Shown here piece after piece: positions 26,834-35,997 of a stretch of DNA of 64,000 nucleotides (the first letter of the stretch is position 1; the number at the start of each line of letters is the position of its first letter). Source of the DNA: Dehalococcoidia bacterium (lineage in GTDB: Bacteria; Chloroflexota; Dehalococcoidia; Lucifugimonadales; UBA3495); assembly GCA_965199995.1 (NCBI GenBank), contig OZ241328.1:1484627-1548626 (forward strand), written 5' to 3'. The notes beneath the pieces are model-generated. The model searched no databases. It saw nothing but the letters and a program-made list of their open reading frames with translations, and was not told the origin of the DNA. A program made the translations under genes and the position numbers.

Positions 26834-26958
26834 TATGCGCGTCCTTATGCCTGGCCATGGAAGGGTTTATCCCTAACTGCCCCGGCCTCAGAGGCGTCTC
26901 TGCAACCGGACTTGGGAGACGCCGTATTTTAGCCCTTTGCAATTAGCTTGTCTAACAT

Positions 26959-27999
26959 TCACTCCTGTCCTTGCTTAATAGACACTCCAAACAACGCTTC
27001 GTATGCGTGGGAACGGCCGTTAAACAGATAGGAGAGTTGTGAGGCCGCCACGTCTTCAGCGCCGCAGCTACGAAGGTGGTCTACGGCCTCCAGCAGCCGG
27101 TCTTTCTTCACCAGCAGGCTCACCGCGAACCAATCCTGCTCTTCGACGTTGTAAACCCGCGCCACCGTTGGGCCTCGCAACCCGGCCAAGGCCGGGCGGC
27201 CCAAAATCATCGCGCTCACTCCATTGGCGGAAGACCCCTGAACGTTGGCGGTCAGGCGGTAGTACGGCTCCGCTCGCAGATGGGCTTCCATCATTTCCGT
27301 CAGGCCGCGGGCCAGCTCTCGCGCATCCGGCGACTCCGCCAGCAATTCCGCATTTGCCAGCAGACACGCTTGGGAACTGAGGATGGTGCCGTCCTCCAAC
27401 GTCTTAAGACGGTTTTCCCGCAGGGTGGTTCCGGTAGCGGTAAGGTCGGCGATGAGGTCGGCGTAACCGGCGAGCGGGGCCGCCTCCAGGGTGCCGGACG
27501 CCGGAGCCAGCGTGAAATAATTTATGCCGCGGTCGTGAAGGAATTGGCTCAACAGACGCGGATACTTAGTCGCTATACGGAGTTGCTTGCCTTCCTGCCG
27601 AAACTCCAGGGCCAAGTCGGCCAAGTCGGCCAGAGACGTTACGTCCAGCCATACGTCCGGAACCGCCAGCACCAAATCGCAGCGGCCATAGCCCAGATTG
27701 TCTACCAGCACGGCGGCCCTCCGGGCATCCTCCCGGTATTCCAGCAGCCGGTCCATTCCCGTGACGCCCAGCTCAGCGCTGCCTTCTTCCACCTTGGTGG
27801 TGATGTCGGCGGTACGCTGGAACAGCACTTCGATGCCGGGCAACGCGGGCACTGTGGCGGTGTAGCGGCGGGCGTTGGGCCGACGAACCGGCAGGCCGCA
27901 GTCCCTCAGAAAGTCCAGCGTAGGCTGGTGCAGGTCGCCATCGCTGGGCAACAACAGGCGCAACGACGGCGGAAGGCTGACGATTTCGTTCTCGCTCAT
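26959..27999 (-). CDS. hisG: ATP phosphoribosyltransferase, long form (with C-terminal HisG_C regulatory domain)
   Basis: The catalytic part contains LLLPSDGDL..FLRDCGL and FQRTADITTKVEEGSAELGVTGMD. The C-terminal domain contains LAGLRGPTVARV..DWFAVSLLVKKDRLLEAVDHLRSCGAEDV. Confidence 0.9.
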   Translation of the reverse strand: MSENEIVSLPPSLRLLLPSDGDLHQPTLDFLRDCGLPVRRPNARRYTATVPALPGIEVLFQRTADITTKVEEGSAELGVTGMDRLLEYREDARRAAVLVDNLGYGRCDLVLAVPDVWLDVTSLADLADLALEFRQEGKQLRIATKYPRLLSQFLHDRGINYFTLAPASGTLEAAPLAGYADLIADLTATGTTLRENRLKTLEDGTILSSQACLLANAELLAESPDARELARGLTEMMEAHLRAEPYYRLTANVQGSSANGVSAMILGRPALAGLRGPTVARVYNVEEQDWFAVSLLVKKDRLLEAVDHLRSCGAEDVAASQLSYLFNGRSHAYEALFGVSIKQGQE

Positions 28000-28053
28000 T
28001 TGCGCCCTCGCCTTATCTCTTCAAGGACAGGAAGGGGATTCGTGGAGACAGCA

Positions 28054-29523
28054 TCAGACATAATAAGTCGCGGCGCTGCCGTCATCTCCTATAACTACAA
28101 TGCGCCGGAGGCCGCGGCGAGAGGCATAGGCACGAGCTTCGGCCAAGGAGCGCCCCGACACTTCCATTTCGGCGGTCTCTCCCTGCTCGCGGAGTTTCTG
28201 GGCTTCTTTCAGCGCGGCTTCGTGAGCTGCATCGCTACCAGCTATGACCAGCATACCGGAGGGTTCCGCGCTGATAGCAACGGAATCGCCGGCGGTCAAT
28301 TGAACCAGCGCGTCCAGGTTATAAGCGAAGCCCAAGGCAGGCAGAAGATGCCCGCCGCCGAGGTCGCGGGCCAGACCGTCATAACGGCCTCCGCCGCCCA
28401 GAGGGCCAGGCCAGTCAGGATGCGAAACCTCGAAAATGATTCCGTTGTAGTAGGCCAACCCTCGAACTACCCCGAAATCCAGAACAATACGCCCGAACGT
28501 GTCCTGCCGTTTGGGAATCATGCTGACTAGCTGCCGCAGTCGCCCCACAGCGGCAACATCCGCCCCGGCTCGCCGCAATGCGCCGGATGCTTCTTCTAAG
28601 GCCGTCGCCGCGTCCCCCCTCACTTGGGCCAGTTCGCCGGCGACTTGCAAGGCTCTGCGCAAGCTTTCTTCGGCGTCAGGACGGCGAATTTTGCGCAGGA
28701 GTCGCTCGACCACTTCCTCCGGACTGCGCTGGCCCAGTTGATCGAGAGGGTTGGAGCGAAGCACACCTAGCAAAACGCTTCGAGCATCGTCGTCGTCGAG
28801 TCCGTGCACCGCCTGGCTCAGATAATCATCTTCGGCGGCAATGCGCCCGATTACATGAAGCCGCTGCGCATCTTCCATTAGGCCGGGAATCGCTGAGGGG
28901 CCGTCGCGCAACAAAGGCACGCTCTGCACCACAAAAGCGCGGGCGCGTTCCGACAAACCCAGCGGATCCAGCACACTGTTCAGAACGCCCAAATCTGCCA
29001 GCCGGAGCTCCCACTCCCGTAGTCCTGTCGCGCAAAGGACAGAAACCGAAACATCCAGCAATTCGACATCGGCCAGCACGCCGGAAGCTCCTAGCAACTC
29101 GCCGCCAATCTGAGTAAACTGGTCGGCGCTCCTGCCTCCCTCCAGCGCCCGCGACAGGGACGAGGCATCGAAACGGAACACCGGGCCGGAGTATTGCCAG
29201 CGGGCCGGCAGCTCGATTTCCGAGGAATGCTCCAAGTAATGGCGCATAGCCGGAGCGGTGAACTCCGGGCGCAGGCTAATTGCCCGCCCCCCGGGGTCGG
29301 TGAAGCTAAATAGCTGAGAGGCCAACTCGCCGCCGGACTTGCGCAGGAAAAGCTCAGTAGATTCCAGAAGAGGGGTTTCCAGGCCGCGGTAGCCGTAGCT
29401 GGACAGAAGGGCAGTGAGGCGGCGGTGCAACTGCTCGCGCCGGAGGAGGGCATCGCCGGTAAAATCAGACATACCGCGCAAGCGCGCCACGGATGAAACT
29501 GATTCTACGGGCTGTCGGTACAT
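28054..29523 (-). CDS. HisRS-like class-II paralog, probably the ATP-PRT regulatory subunit HisZ rather than a canonical HisRS; retains a C-terminal anticodon-binding-like domain
   Basis: It has LRPEFTAPAMR, where HisRS normally has RPEGT. The motif-2 region is degenerate with an insertion (FRFDASSLSRALEGGRSADQFTQIG versus FRYERPQxGRxRQFxQ). GGGGRYDGL is present. The C-terminal MLVIAG..AQKLREQGETAEME..RIVVIGDDG is HGTP_anticodon-like. It is directly upstream of hisG. Confidence 0.65.
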   Translation of the reverse strand: MYRQPVESVSSVARLRGMSDFTGDALLRREQLHRRLTALLSSYGYRGLETPLLESTELFLRKSGGELASQLFSFTDPGGRAISLRPEFTAPAMRHYLEHSSEIELPARWQYSGPVFRFDASSLSRALEGGRSADQFTQIGGELLGASGVLADVELLDVSVSVLCATGLREWELRLADLGVLNSVLDPLGLSERARAFVVQSVPLLRDGPSAIPGLMEDAQRLHVIGRIAAEDDYLSQAVHGLDDDDARSVLLGVLRSNPLDQLGQRSPEEVVERLLRKIRRPDAEESLRRALQVAGELAQVRGDAATALEEASGALRRAGADVAAVGRLRQLVSMIPKRQDTFGRIVLDFGVVRGLAYYNGIIFEVSHPDWPGPLGGGGRYDGLARDLGGGHLLPALGFAYNLDALVQLTAGDSVAISAEPSGMLVIAGSDAAHEAALKEAQKLREQGETAEMEVSGRSLAEARAYASRRGLRRIVVIGDDGSAATYYV

Positions 29524-29616
29524 CGCCGGTTGTTATTTTACACCAGCAACAGGAGAAGTTGAAGCTAATCGGAGCATCAAAAATTTCTGGCGACTGCCAG
29601 TCTTCTCAGTCTGCCC

Positions 29617-30369
29617 CTACGGGTGGGCGTTCAATCCTCCGTCCACATACACCGGCTGTCCCGTAGAGTAGTCGCAGGATTCGGAACACAGATACACCAG
29701 CAACGGCCCCAAGTCTTCCGGGCTGCCTTTGCGCCGTAGCGGCGTGTAGCGCACTAACAGCTCTTCAAGCTGCTGCTCGACCGGCTGGCCGGTGGAATCG
29801 ATCCAGCCCGCGCCCAAGGCGTTGACGCGGATATTGCGCTGGCCCCATTCAACGGCCAGTGAGCGGGTCAGCGAAAGCAGAGCCGCCTGGCTGGCAGCGA
29901 AAGCGGAGCCGTTTATCATCCCGCGTTCCGCCAGCTCAGATACCACGTTGACCACCCGGCCGTACTCCCGATTAGCCATACGCGGCAAAACCTGCTGGGA
30001 GAGCAGGAAAGGCATCTTGACGTTGCGGGTTTGAACTTCTTCCCAGACCAGTTGCGGAATATCAGCAAAGGGAGCGGCATACATACTGCGGCAATCGTTA
30101 ACCAGGATGTCCACTCGACCGTGGCGGCGGTCTAGCTCATCCATCACGCGGGCGGCGCTCACGTCGGAACCGGGATTCATCACCGCGCCGGAACTGCCGG
30201 AGGGCAGAGCGGCCATCACCGCGTCCAGCAGGGACTGGGTACGCGCGACGGCGAACACGTCAGCACCCGCCTCGGCCAGCGCTCCCGCCAAGAACGGGGC
30301 CTCGCCGCCACCGGACGTGGCGAATACTGCTGCCTTTCCTCTTAGTCCATATTCCGGCAAAACCGGCAT
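29617..30369 (-). CDS. SDR-fold protein lacking the canonical catalytic Tyr/Lys and Gly-motif (probable non-catalytic SDR paralog)
   Basis: It aligns to the neighbouring SDR, but TGxxxGxG reads TSGGGEAP, NNAG reads NDCR, and YxxxK reads FAASQ. An ATG at 30369 is preceded by GGAG. An alternative start at 30441 would overlap the upstream SDR by 11 nt. Confidence 0.7.
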   Translation of the reverse strand: MPVLPEYGLRGKAAVFATSGGGEAPFLAGALAEAGADVFAVARTQSLLDAVMAALPSGSSGAVMNPGSDVSAARVMDELDRRHGRVDILVNDCRSMYAAPFADIPQLVWEEVQTRNVKMPFLLSQQVLPRMANREYGRVVNVVSELAERGMINGSAFAASQAALLSLTRSLAVEWGQRNIRVNALGAGWIDSTGQPVEQQLEELLVRYTPLRRKGSPEDLGPLLVYLCSESCDYSTGQPVYVDGGLNAHP

Positions 30370-30430
30370 CTTCAGCTCCGTAATCCCCCTGTTCGGGGGA
30401 ATAAAGTTAGGTCGAGGGCGCGCCTTAAAT

Positions 30431-31237
30431 TTACGGCTCAAGCGGAATCAGAGGGGCGTGGCCCGTTGGCGTGATGCCGCCGGCCAGCCCGCCGCCGTCG
30501 GCGATTATCATTTCACCGGTCATGTAGTCCGAGGCGCTGGAAGACAAGAACACAGCCAACGGACCGAAGTCTTCCGGCTTGCCCAGTTTGCCGATGGGAA
30601 GAAAATCCCCGGAGCGGGGTAAGCTGGAAGTAGTCGCGCCCATATCTCCCGTCGGCACAAATCCGGGCACGATACTATTCGCGGTTATACCGTAGCGGGC
30701 CAGGTTGAAAGAAAGCACTCTGGTGAGCTGAATCATCCCACCCTTGCTGGTGCAGTACATATAAATGTCGCGTCCGCCCCGCATACCGAAACCCGACGCC
30801 ACATTGATTATCTTTCCGTGCCCTTGATCCACCATCGGCCTGGAAACGGCGCGCGAGCAGAAGAATGCGCCTGTCAAATTCACGTCCATAATGCGATGCC
30901 AGTCTTCATCGGTTATTTCCCAGATCGGCTTGCGGACGTTGTCCTGAACTGCTCCGGCGTTATTGATCAGAACGTCTATCTTACCGAACCTGGCGATTGC
31001 CGACTCCATCAGGGCGTCAACCTGCCCGGAATCGGTTACGTCGGTGGAAACGGCGATGGCCTCGCCGCCCAGGTTTTCCACCTCTACGACAGCGGCCTCG
31101 AGCGGCCCCGAGCGACGGCCTGCGACGGCAAGAGCTGCCCCGGCGCGAGCTAGAGCGCGCACCATCGCCAACCCCAGGCCGGTGCCGCCCCCGGTTATCA
31201 CTACGGATTTTCCATCGAGACTCAGCGATTCCAGCAT
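30431..31237 (-). CDS. short-chain dehydrogenase/reductase (FabG-like)
   Basis: The motifs VVITGGGTGLGLA, NNAG, NVAS and YCTSK are all intact. Confidence 0.85.
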   Translation of the reverse strand: MLESLSLDGKSVVITGGGTGLGLAMVRALARAGAALAVAGRRSGPLEAAVVEVENLGGEAIAVSTDVTDSGQVDALMESAIARFGKIDVLINNAGAVQDNVRKPIWEITDEDWHRIMDVNLTGAFFCSRAVSRPMVDQGHGKIINVASGFGMRGGRDIYMYCTSKGGMIQLTRVLSFNLARYGITANSIVPGFVPTGDMGATTSSLPRSGDFLPIGKLGKPEDFGPLAVFLSSSASDYMTGEMIIADGGGLAGGITPTGHAPLIPLEP

Positions 31238-31300
31238 AGCCGCTCCCCAGCTTTCCGTGGCTCCGCGATGATTAGTAATTCTTCAGAAATGACGGCGTTA

Positions 31301-32083
31301 TTATTGCGCCGTTCCGCCGAGAGTAACGTCCCCGGCGGTAAGGGTTAAGACTGCGCCATCATCCAGGCGCAACAGAAGGTTGCCCATATCGTCCACTCCC
31401 TCGGCGATTCCTTCATAGGCATCCTTTCCGAAGGTTGCTTCCACCCGGCGTCCGGTAGTTTCCAGCAAGTCGCGCCATTCCGGCAAGGGCGACGCCCCGC
31501 GTTTCAGGCCGACATATAGGCCGTCCAAATCTGTAAGCAGTTGCCGCAACAATGATTCCCGGTCCACCTCGCGCCCGGCCGCCGCGTTGACGCTGGTAGC
31601 GAAGGCAGAAATTTCCTCGTTCTCTGAGGTGTCCAGGGTCACGTTTATGCCAATACCCAAAACAGCATAACACACCGAATCGCCCAAGACGGCGCTCTCG
31701 GCTAGGATGCCCGCCGCCTTGCGTCCGCCCAGCATTAGGTCATTGGGCCACTTGATGCGCGGGGCCAGACCGGCGACTTTACGAACGGCCCTCGCCGCCG
31801 CCACGCCGCCGATTATGCTGATGAACGGCAAATCCTGCATTTCGGGCCGAAACAGAACCGACAAAAGCACATTTCCCGGTTGGGAAACCCAACTGCGTCC
31901 CTGGCGCCCTCGACCGGCTGACTGCCGTTCGGCGATGACTACAGTCCCTTCCTCGGCGCCCTCGGTGGCCAGCCGCGCCGCCCCGTCCATCGTGGACTCA
32001 AGCTCCGGGAAGTAAAGGATGCGGCAACCAACCACGTGAGTATAGAGGCCCTGCCGAACAGCGGATGAGACCAGATTCTGCAT
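31301..32083 (-). CDS. birA: biotin--[acetyl-CoA-carboxylase] ligase (class I, no HTH domain)
   Basis: It contains the biotin-binding loop AERQSAGRGRQGRSWVSQPG, KWPNDL and GIGINV. Confidence 0.85.
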   Translation of the reverse strand: MQNLVSSAVRQGLYTHVVGCRILYFPELESTMDGAARLATEGAEEGTVVIAERQSAGRGRQGRSWVSQPGNVLLSVLFRPEMQDLPFISIIGGVAAARAVRKVAGLAPRIKWPNDLMLGGRKAAGILAESAVLGDSVCYAVLGIGINVTLDTSENEEISAFATSVNAAAGREVDRESLLRQLLTDLDGLYVGLKRGASPLPEWRDLLETTGRRVEATFGKDAYEGIAEGVDDMGNLLLRLDDGAVLTLTAGDVTLGGTAQ

Positions 32084-32118
32084 ACTATCCTACAGCAAAC
32101 CCCAAGTTTCCCGGCAAG

Positions 32119-33489
32119 CTACCAGCCGTGCTCCATTTTGTCCCGCAGAATCTCCACCAGCCGCGCAATGGGAACTCGCGCCTGATACATGGTGTCCCGG
32201 TCTCTGATGGTGACTTGGCTATCATCTAGAGTGTCGAAATCCACAGTGACGCAGTAAGGTGTTCCGATTTCGTCCTGCCGCCGGTAGCGGCGGCCAATGC
32301 TCTGGGCATCGTCGTACTGGGCGGCGAAATGCGGGCGCAGAATGTCGTGTACCCGGCGGGCCGTGGGGGTAAGGCGCTCGTTCCGGCTAAGGGGCAGCAC
32401 CGCTACGGCAATTGGGGCCAAACGCCGGTGAATTCGGGAAACAACGCGCACCGTGTTGCCGTCCGGCTCTTCGTCGTAGGCATCCAGCCAGAACGCCAGC
32501 GTCGCCCGATCAACCCCACCGGAGGGCTCAATCACATACGGGTAATAGCGGGACTGGAGTTCGTCGTCGAAATAACTGAGGTCTTCGCCGCTGAACTCGG
32601 CGTGCTGCTTCAGGTCATAATCGGTGCGGTCAGCAATGCCTTCAAGCTCGGCCCAACCCCACGGAAAGCGGTATTCGATGTCATAGCAGTCCTTGGCATA
32701 ATGGGCCAGCTCGTCCAGCCCATGCCGCCTGAGACGCAGATTTTCAGCTCGGATGCCCAGACCAACGTACCATTGAAAGCGGTCGTTGACCCAACGGCCC
32801 AACCACTCCAGGTCGGTTTCCGGGCGGACAAAGAACTCCACTTCCATCTGCTCGAACTCGCGAGTGCGGAACGTGAAGTTCCCTGGGGTGATTTCGTTGC
32901 GGAAGGACTTGCCAATCTGCCCGATGCCAAAGGGGAGCTTCTTGCGGGAGGTGTTCACCACATTGGGGAAATTGACGAAGATGCCCTGGGCCGTTTCCGG
33001 CCGCAGCCAAACCTCATGGGCGGAATCCTCCACCGGACCCATAAAGGTGCGAAACATCAGATTGAAGCGGCGCGGTTCGGTGAGTTCGCCGCCGCACTCC
33101 GGGCAGCGCAAGCCGCGAGTAGCCTCGGCTGCGCCGGGGGCGGCCGGGTCAATGCCCTGCGCTTCCAGCAGATGGTCTTGCCGAAACCGCTGGTTGCATT
33201 CGCGGCACTCCACCAGCGGGTCGCTGAAATTCTCCACGTGGCCGCTGGCTTCCCAGGTTCGGGGGTGCATCAGGATGGCGGCATCAAGACCAACCATATC
33301 GTCGCGCCCGGAGATGACCGACCGCCACCAGGCTTCCTTAACGTTGCGCTTCAACTCTACTCCCAGCGGCCCATAGTCCCACGTGGAACCGAGGCCACCG
33401 TAAATCTCGCTGCTCTGGAACACGAAACCGCGGCGCTTGGACAGAGAGAGCATTTTGTCCATATCGGCGTAGGGAAGAGAGCGGGCCAA
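32119..33489 (-). CDS. glyQS: glycine--tRNA ligase (alpha2 dimeric type)
   Basis: It contains [51 protein letters not shown] and a C-terminal anticodon domain. The start may instead be the Met at 33462. Confidence 0.95.
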   Translation of the reverse strand: MARSLPYADMDKMLSLSKRRGFVFQSSEIYGGLGSTWDYGPLGVELKRNVKEAWWRSVISGRDDMVGLDAAILMHPRTWEASGHVENFSDPLVECRECNQRFRQDHLLEAQGIDPAAPGAAEATRGLRCPECGGELTEPRRFNLMFRTFMGPVEDSAHEVWLRPETAQGIFVNFPNVVNTSRKKLPFGIGQIGKSFRNEITPGNFTFRTREFEQMEVEFFVRPETDLEWLGRWVNDRFQWYVGLGIRAENLRLRRHGLDELAHYAKDCYDIEYRFPWGWAELEGIADRTDYDLKQHAEFSGEDLSYFDDELQSRYYPYVIEPSGGVDRATLAFWLDAYDEEPDGNTVRVVSRIHRRLAPIAVAVLPLSRNERLTPTARRVHDILRPHFAAQYDDAQSIGRRYRRQDEIGTPYCVTVDFDTLDDSQVTIRDRDTMYQARVPIARLVEILRDKMEHGW

Positions 33490-33768
33490 GGAACAACCTC
33501 CTGAACGTCGGGCGGATTAGAGTACGCTAAGCAACGCGAGCAGAGATGCTCATTCAGGTTAACAACGCGGCGAAAATAGCGCAATCATCCTAGCGGGCAT
33601 CTGGCTAGCGGGCATCTGGCTTATTCCGTGTTCCACATCTCTCCGCCGTTTGACGCCTGCGATATGGCATAGATATTCTTGGTGTCATCCCAAATCCCCG
33701 GAGGCGTCCAATCGGAGAAACTTCGCGCTTCCTTAGTTCTACCCTAATATCCTGACCATACCTTAACC

Positions 33769-35413
33769 TTGGCAGTAATGACTACCCTGGTAGCAATGAC
33801 TACCCTGCTGATTGCGGTAGCAACGACCTACGGCATCGCCAGCTCGCAGACCGGCAACGGGAGGTACGATACCGGCGGTGACGGGCTGATTGAAATCGAG
33901 TACCTAGAGCAGTTGAACGCCGTCCGCTATGACTTGGATGGAGATGGCAGAGCAGACAGTGAATTCAGAGAGGATGCCTACACTGCTGTATTTCCAACAC
34001 CTACCGGAGCAGCAGTATGCGAAATAATTTTCGGTGGCTATGAACTTATCAGATCGCTGGACTTTGATAGCGTGGAGAGCTACGCATCAGGGATCGTCAA
34101 CACCGCATGGACGACGGGTAGCGGGTGGTTGCCTATTGGCCCCACAGATAATAATGGTTTTAACGCTGCTTTTAAAGGGTAACGGATTCTCTATCTCCAA
34201 TCTATTTATCAACCGTACTACATCCCTGACCGATCCAGGTGCTGTCGGCCTTTTCGCCTATACCGGCAAGCTGAGTCGAAGACACAGCTCCAGCATCATC
34301 CAAGGGGCAGGAGTCATAAATGCCGATATAACCGGGCAAAATTATGTCGGTGGTCTTGTTGGATACAACCAAGGCGCAGTGAGACAAAGCTACTCAAATG
34401 GCAAAGTGTCGAGCAAGAAAATTTGGGGATGGGTTGGCGGACTATTAGGAGTTAACTGAGGTCATTGTTGCATATGCCACTGGTACTGCATCCAGCGATG
34501 GTAATCCTAATTCCATTGTCGGTGAGTTAGTGGGGGGCAATTATGGAACAATCAGTTCTAGCTACGCTACAACCAATGTGTCTAGCCCAGGGGGCAATGG
34601 CGGTCTTGCTAGGTGGAACGGTGACACAATCAGCGCAAGTTATTCTACCGGTAAAATTACTGCTATCGCGCTTTCAAGTAGCCGCAAGTTCGATAGCTCA
34701 GGGGGCTGGTGGGGAGTAATTCAGACGGCACGATAGTGGCAAGCTATTGGGATACTCAAGCGTCAGGACTGCCAATCGGAATTGGGGAGGGTGCAACTAG
34801 CGGCTGTCAAGACAAAACAACGGTTGAGCTGATGTCGCCCACTAGCTACACTGGGATATACGGCGACTGGCGCCTTGACTTAGATAATGCCGACTAAGAT
34901 TCCGATCCCATGATCGGAGCCGACGACTTTGGGGACTTTGGCACTTCACGTCAATATCCGACACTTAAAGCGGACACAAATAAAGACGGAATCGCCACTT
35001 GGTGGGAGTTTGGCCCACAGATAGGGAGTAGGCCTACCCCTACTCCCACGGCTACGGCCAAGCCAATCTCGACAGAGACACCAAGACCTATGCCATCCCC
35101 TACACCTACATCCGAATCAAGGGCAACATCCATTCCCACACCAGCAGTGCCGGTATTGGAAACTCCCACTCCCCTTGTACAGATAGTCACTGTGGTCGTA
35201 ACGGCAACACCGTCGCCTAAGCTTGAAGCCACGCCTGGGTCAATAGCGGAGTCGGGTGGCGGAGCTTGCAGTCTTCCGCCCGGGGACGCACCAAGGGGCG
35301 CAACCGCGGTCAATCTGCTCCTGCTATTGGCTCCACTGGCAATGATTAGCGGGCTGAAGTTGCGAAATCGGCGCAAAGGTCTTAGAGAGCGAAGATGCCT
35401 GACGCGGAAATAG
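33769..35413 (+). pseudogene. GLUG-repeat secreted/surface protein with P/T-rich linker and C-terminal sorting-signal-like tail; broken by three frameshifts and one in-frame TAA
   Basis: There are five collinear fragments. Fragment 1 is a signal peptide plus a Dx[DN]GDG-type region ending FNAAFKG*. Fragment 2 is NGFSISNLFINR..VGGLVGYNQGAVRQSYSNGKVS. Fragment 3 is VIVAYATGTASS..VGELVGGNYGTISSSYATTNVS. Fragment 4 is GLVGSNSDGTIVASYWDTQASG. Fragment 5 follows a TAA at 34895-34897 in the same frame and reads DFGTSRQYPTLKAD..PTPTPT..GGGACS..LLLLLAPLAMISGLKLRNRRK. Confidence 0.7.
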
Positions 35414-35606
35414 TTTTCCAGGTGCGGGAGTCTCCCGAGGCGGCTATGAAGCCAGCGCCGTTGGATACAGCATATTCACCCAGGGCGACGACTGGGATGA
35501 TTTGATATACATGATGCGGGGCGCCGTGCTGTGTCATTTCGATGACAGGGAAGCTCAAGGAGCGATTCGAGTTCATTCGGTCCAGAATGAGGTAATACCC
35601 ATGTGA
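35395..35606 (+). pseudogene. HicB-like (UPF0150) antitoxin remnant, frameshifted
   Basis: Reading across a 1-nt frameshift near 35430 gives EIVFQVRESPE(G)GYEASALGYSIFTQGDDWDDLIYMMRGAVLCHFDD..AIRVHSVQNEVIPM. This matches the HicB-like pattern (F.V....DGGY.A......I.TQG....EL....REA...HFD......IRLH.V..EV) as I recall it. Confidence 0.55.
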
Positions 35607-35857
35607 GGATGCCCCGAATCTGTCGGGCATGGAGCTCGCAGTCTTGTTGCGGGCGGTACGGCTATAACTTCCCCTGCCGGAGAGGCAGCCATCCGCGACT
35701 TACCAGCAGCTATATGGGCTATGCCCATAACATCTCCGTTCCGCGTTCCGCGCCATAACCCGCTGGGGTTGGCACATTGGACGGTATACTGGGCGACGTA
35801 GCTGAGTATTTGGAGATTGGACAAGACGAGTTAATGCAGGAATTGTTTGGCAGGTAA
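35601..35857 (+). pseudogene. HicA-like toxin remnant, multiple frameshifts
   Basis: The pieces MPRI / SGMELAVLLRAV / GYNF..RRGSHPRLTSSYMGYAHNISVPRS / HNPLGVGTLDGILGDVAEYLEIGQDELMQELFGR lie in alternating frames. An ATGTGA overlap links it to the preceding remnant. Confidence 0.5.
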
Positions 35858-35933
35858 CCGGCAAAAGCTCCTCCATTGGTTGGGCAATCAGCGTCCTGTC
35901 GTTCCCGATAGCCCTGATGACGTCAATTCCCGC

Positions 35934-35962
35934 TTGACATTCCCAGCTTGGCTTGTTATATT
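35934..35962 (+). promoter_or_regulatory. sigma-70-type promoter candidate for the str operon
   Basis: TTGACA (35934-35939), a 17-nt spacer and TATATT (35957-35962) are present. The rpsL ATG is about 36 nt downstream and is preceded by GGAG. Confidence 0.5.
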
Positions 35963-35997
35963 CGGTCTCCCACCGAACTGCGTGCGGAGAATTGTCT

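Noticed and set aside
27076-28530. A 484-aa ORF on the + strand. Similar long ORFs occur at 12679-13686 (+), 32329-33504 (+), 10421-11176 (+), 19897-20568 (+), 57512-58156 (+), 56425-57204 (-), 46590-47279 (-), 47592-48209 (-), 41301-41903 (-) and 40870-41328 (-).
   Set aside because: All lie antisense to, or out of frame within, genes with unmistakable conserved products (hisG/hisZ, cysS, glyQS, meaB, the TPP enzyme, the deacetylase and r-proteins). Their translations are Arg/Pro/Gly/Ala-rich with no recognisable motifs. This is the typical shadow-ORF behaviour of GC-rich DNA.
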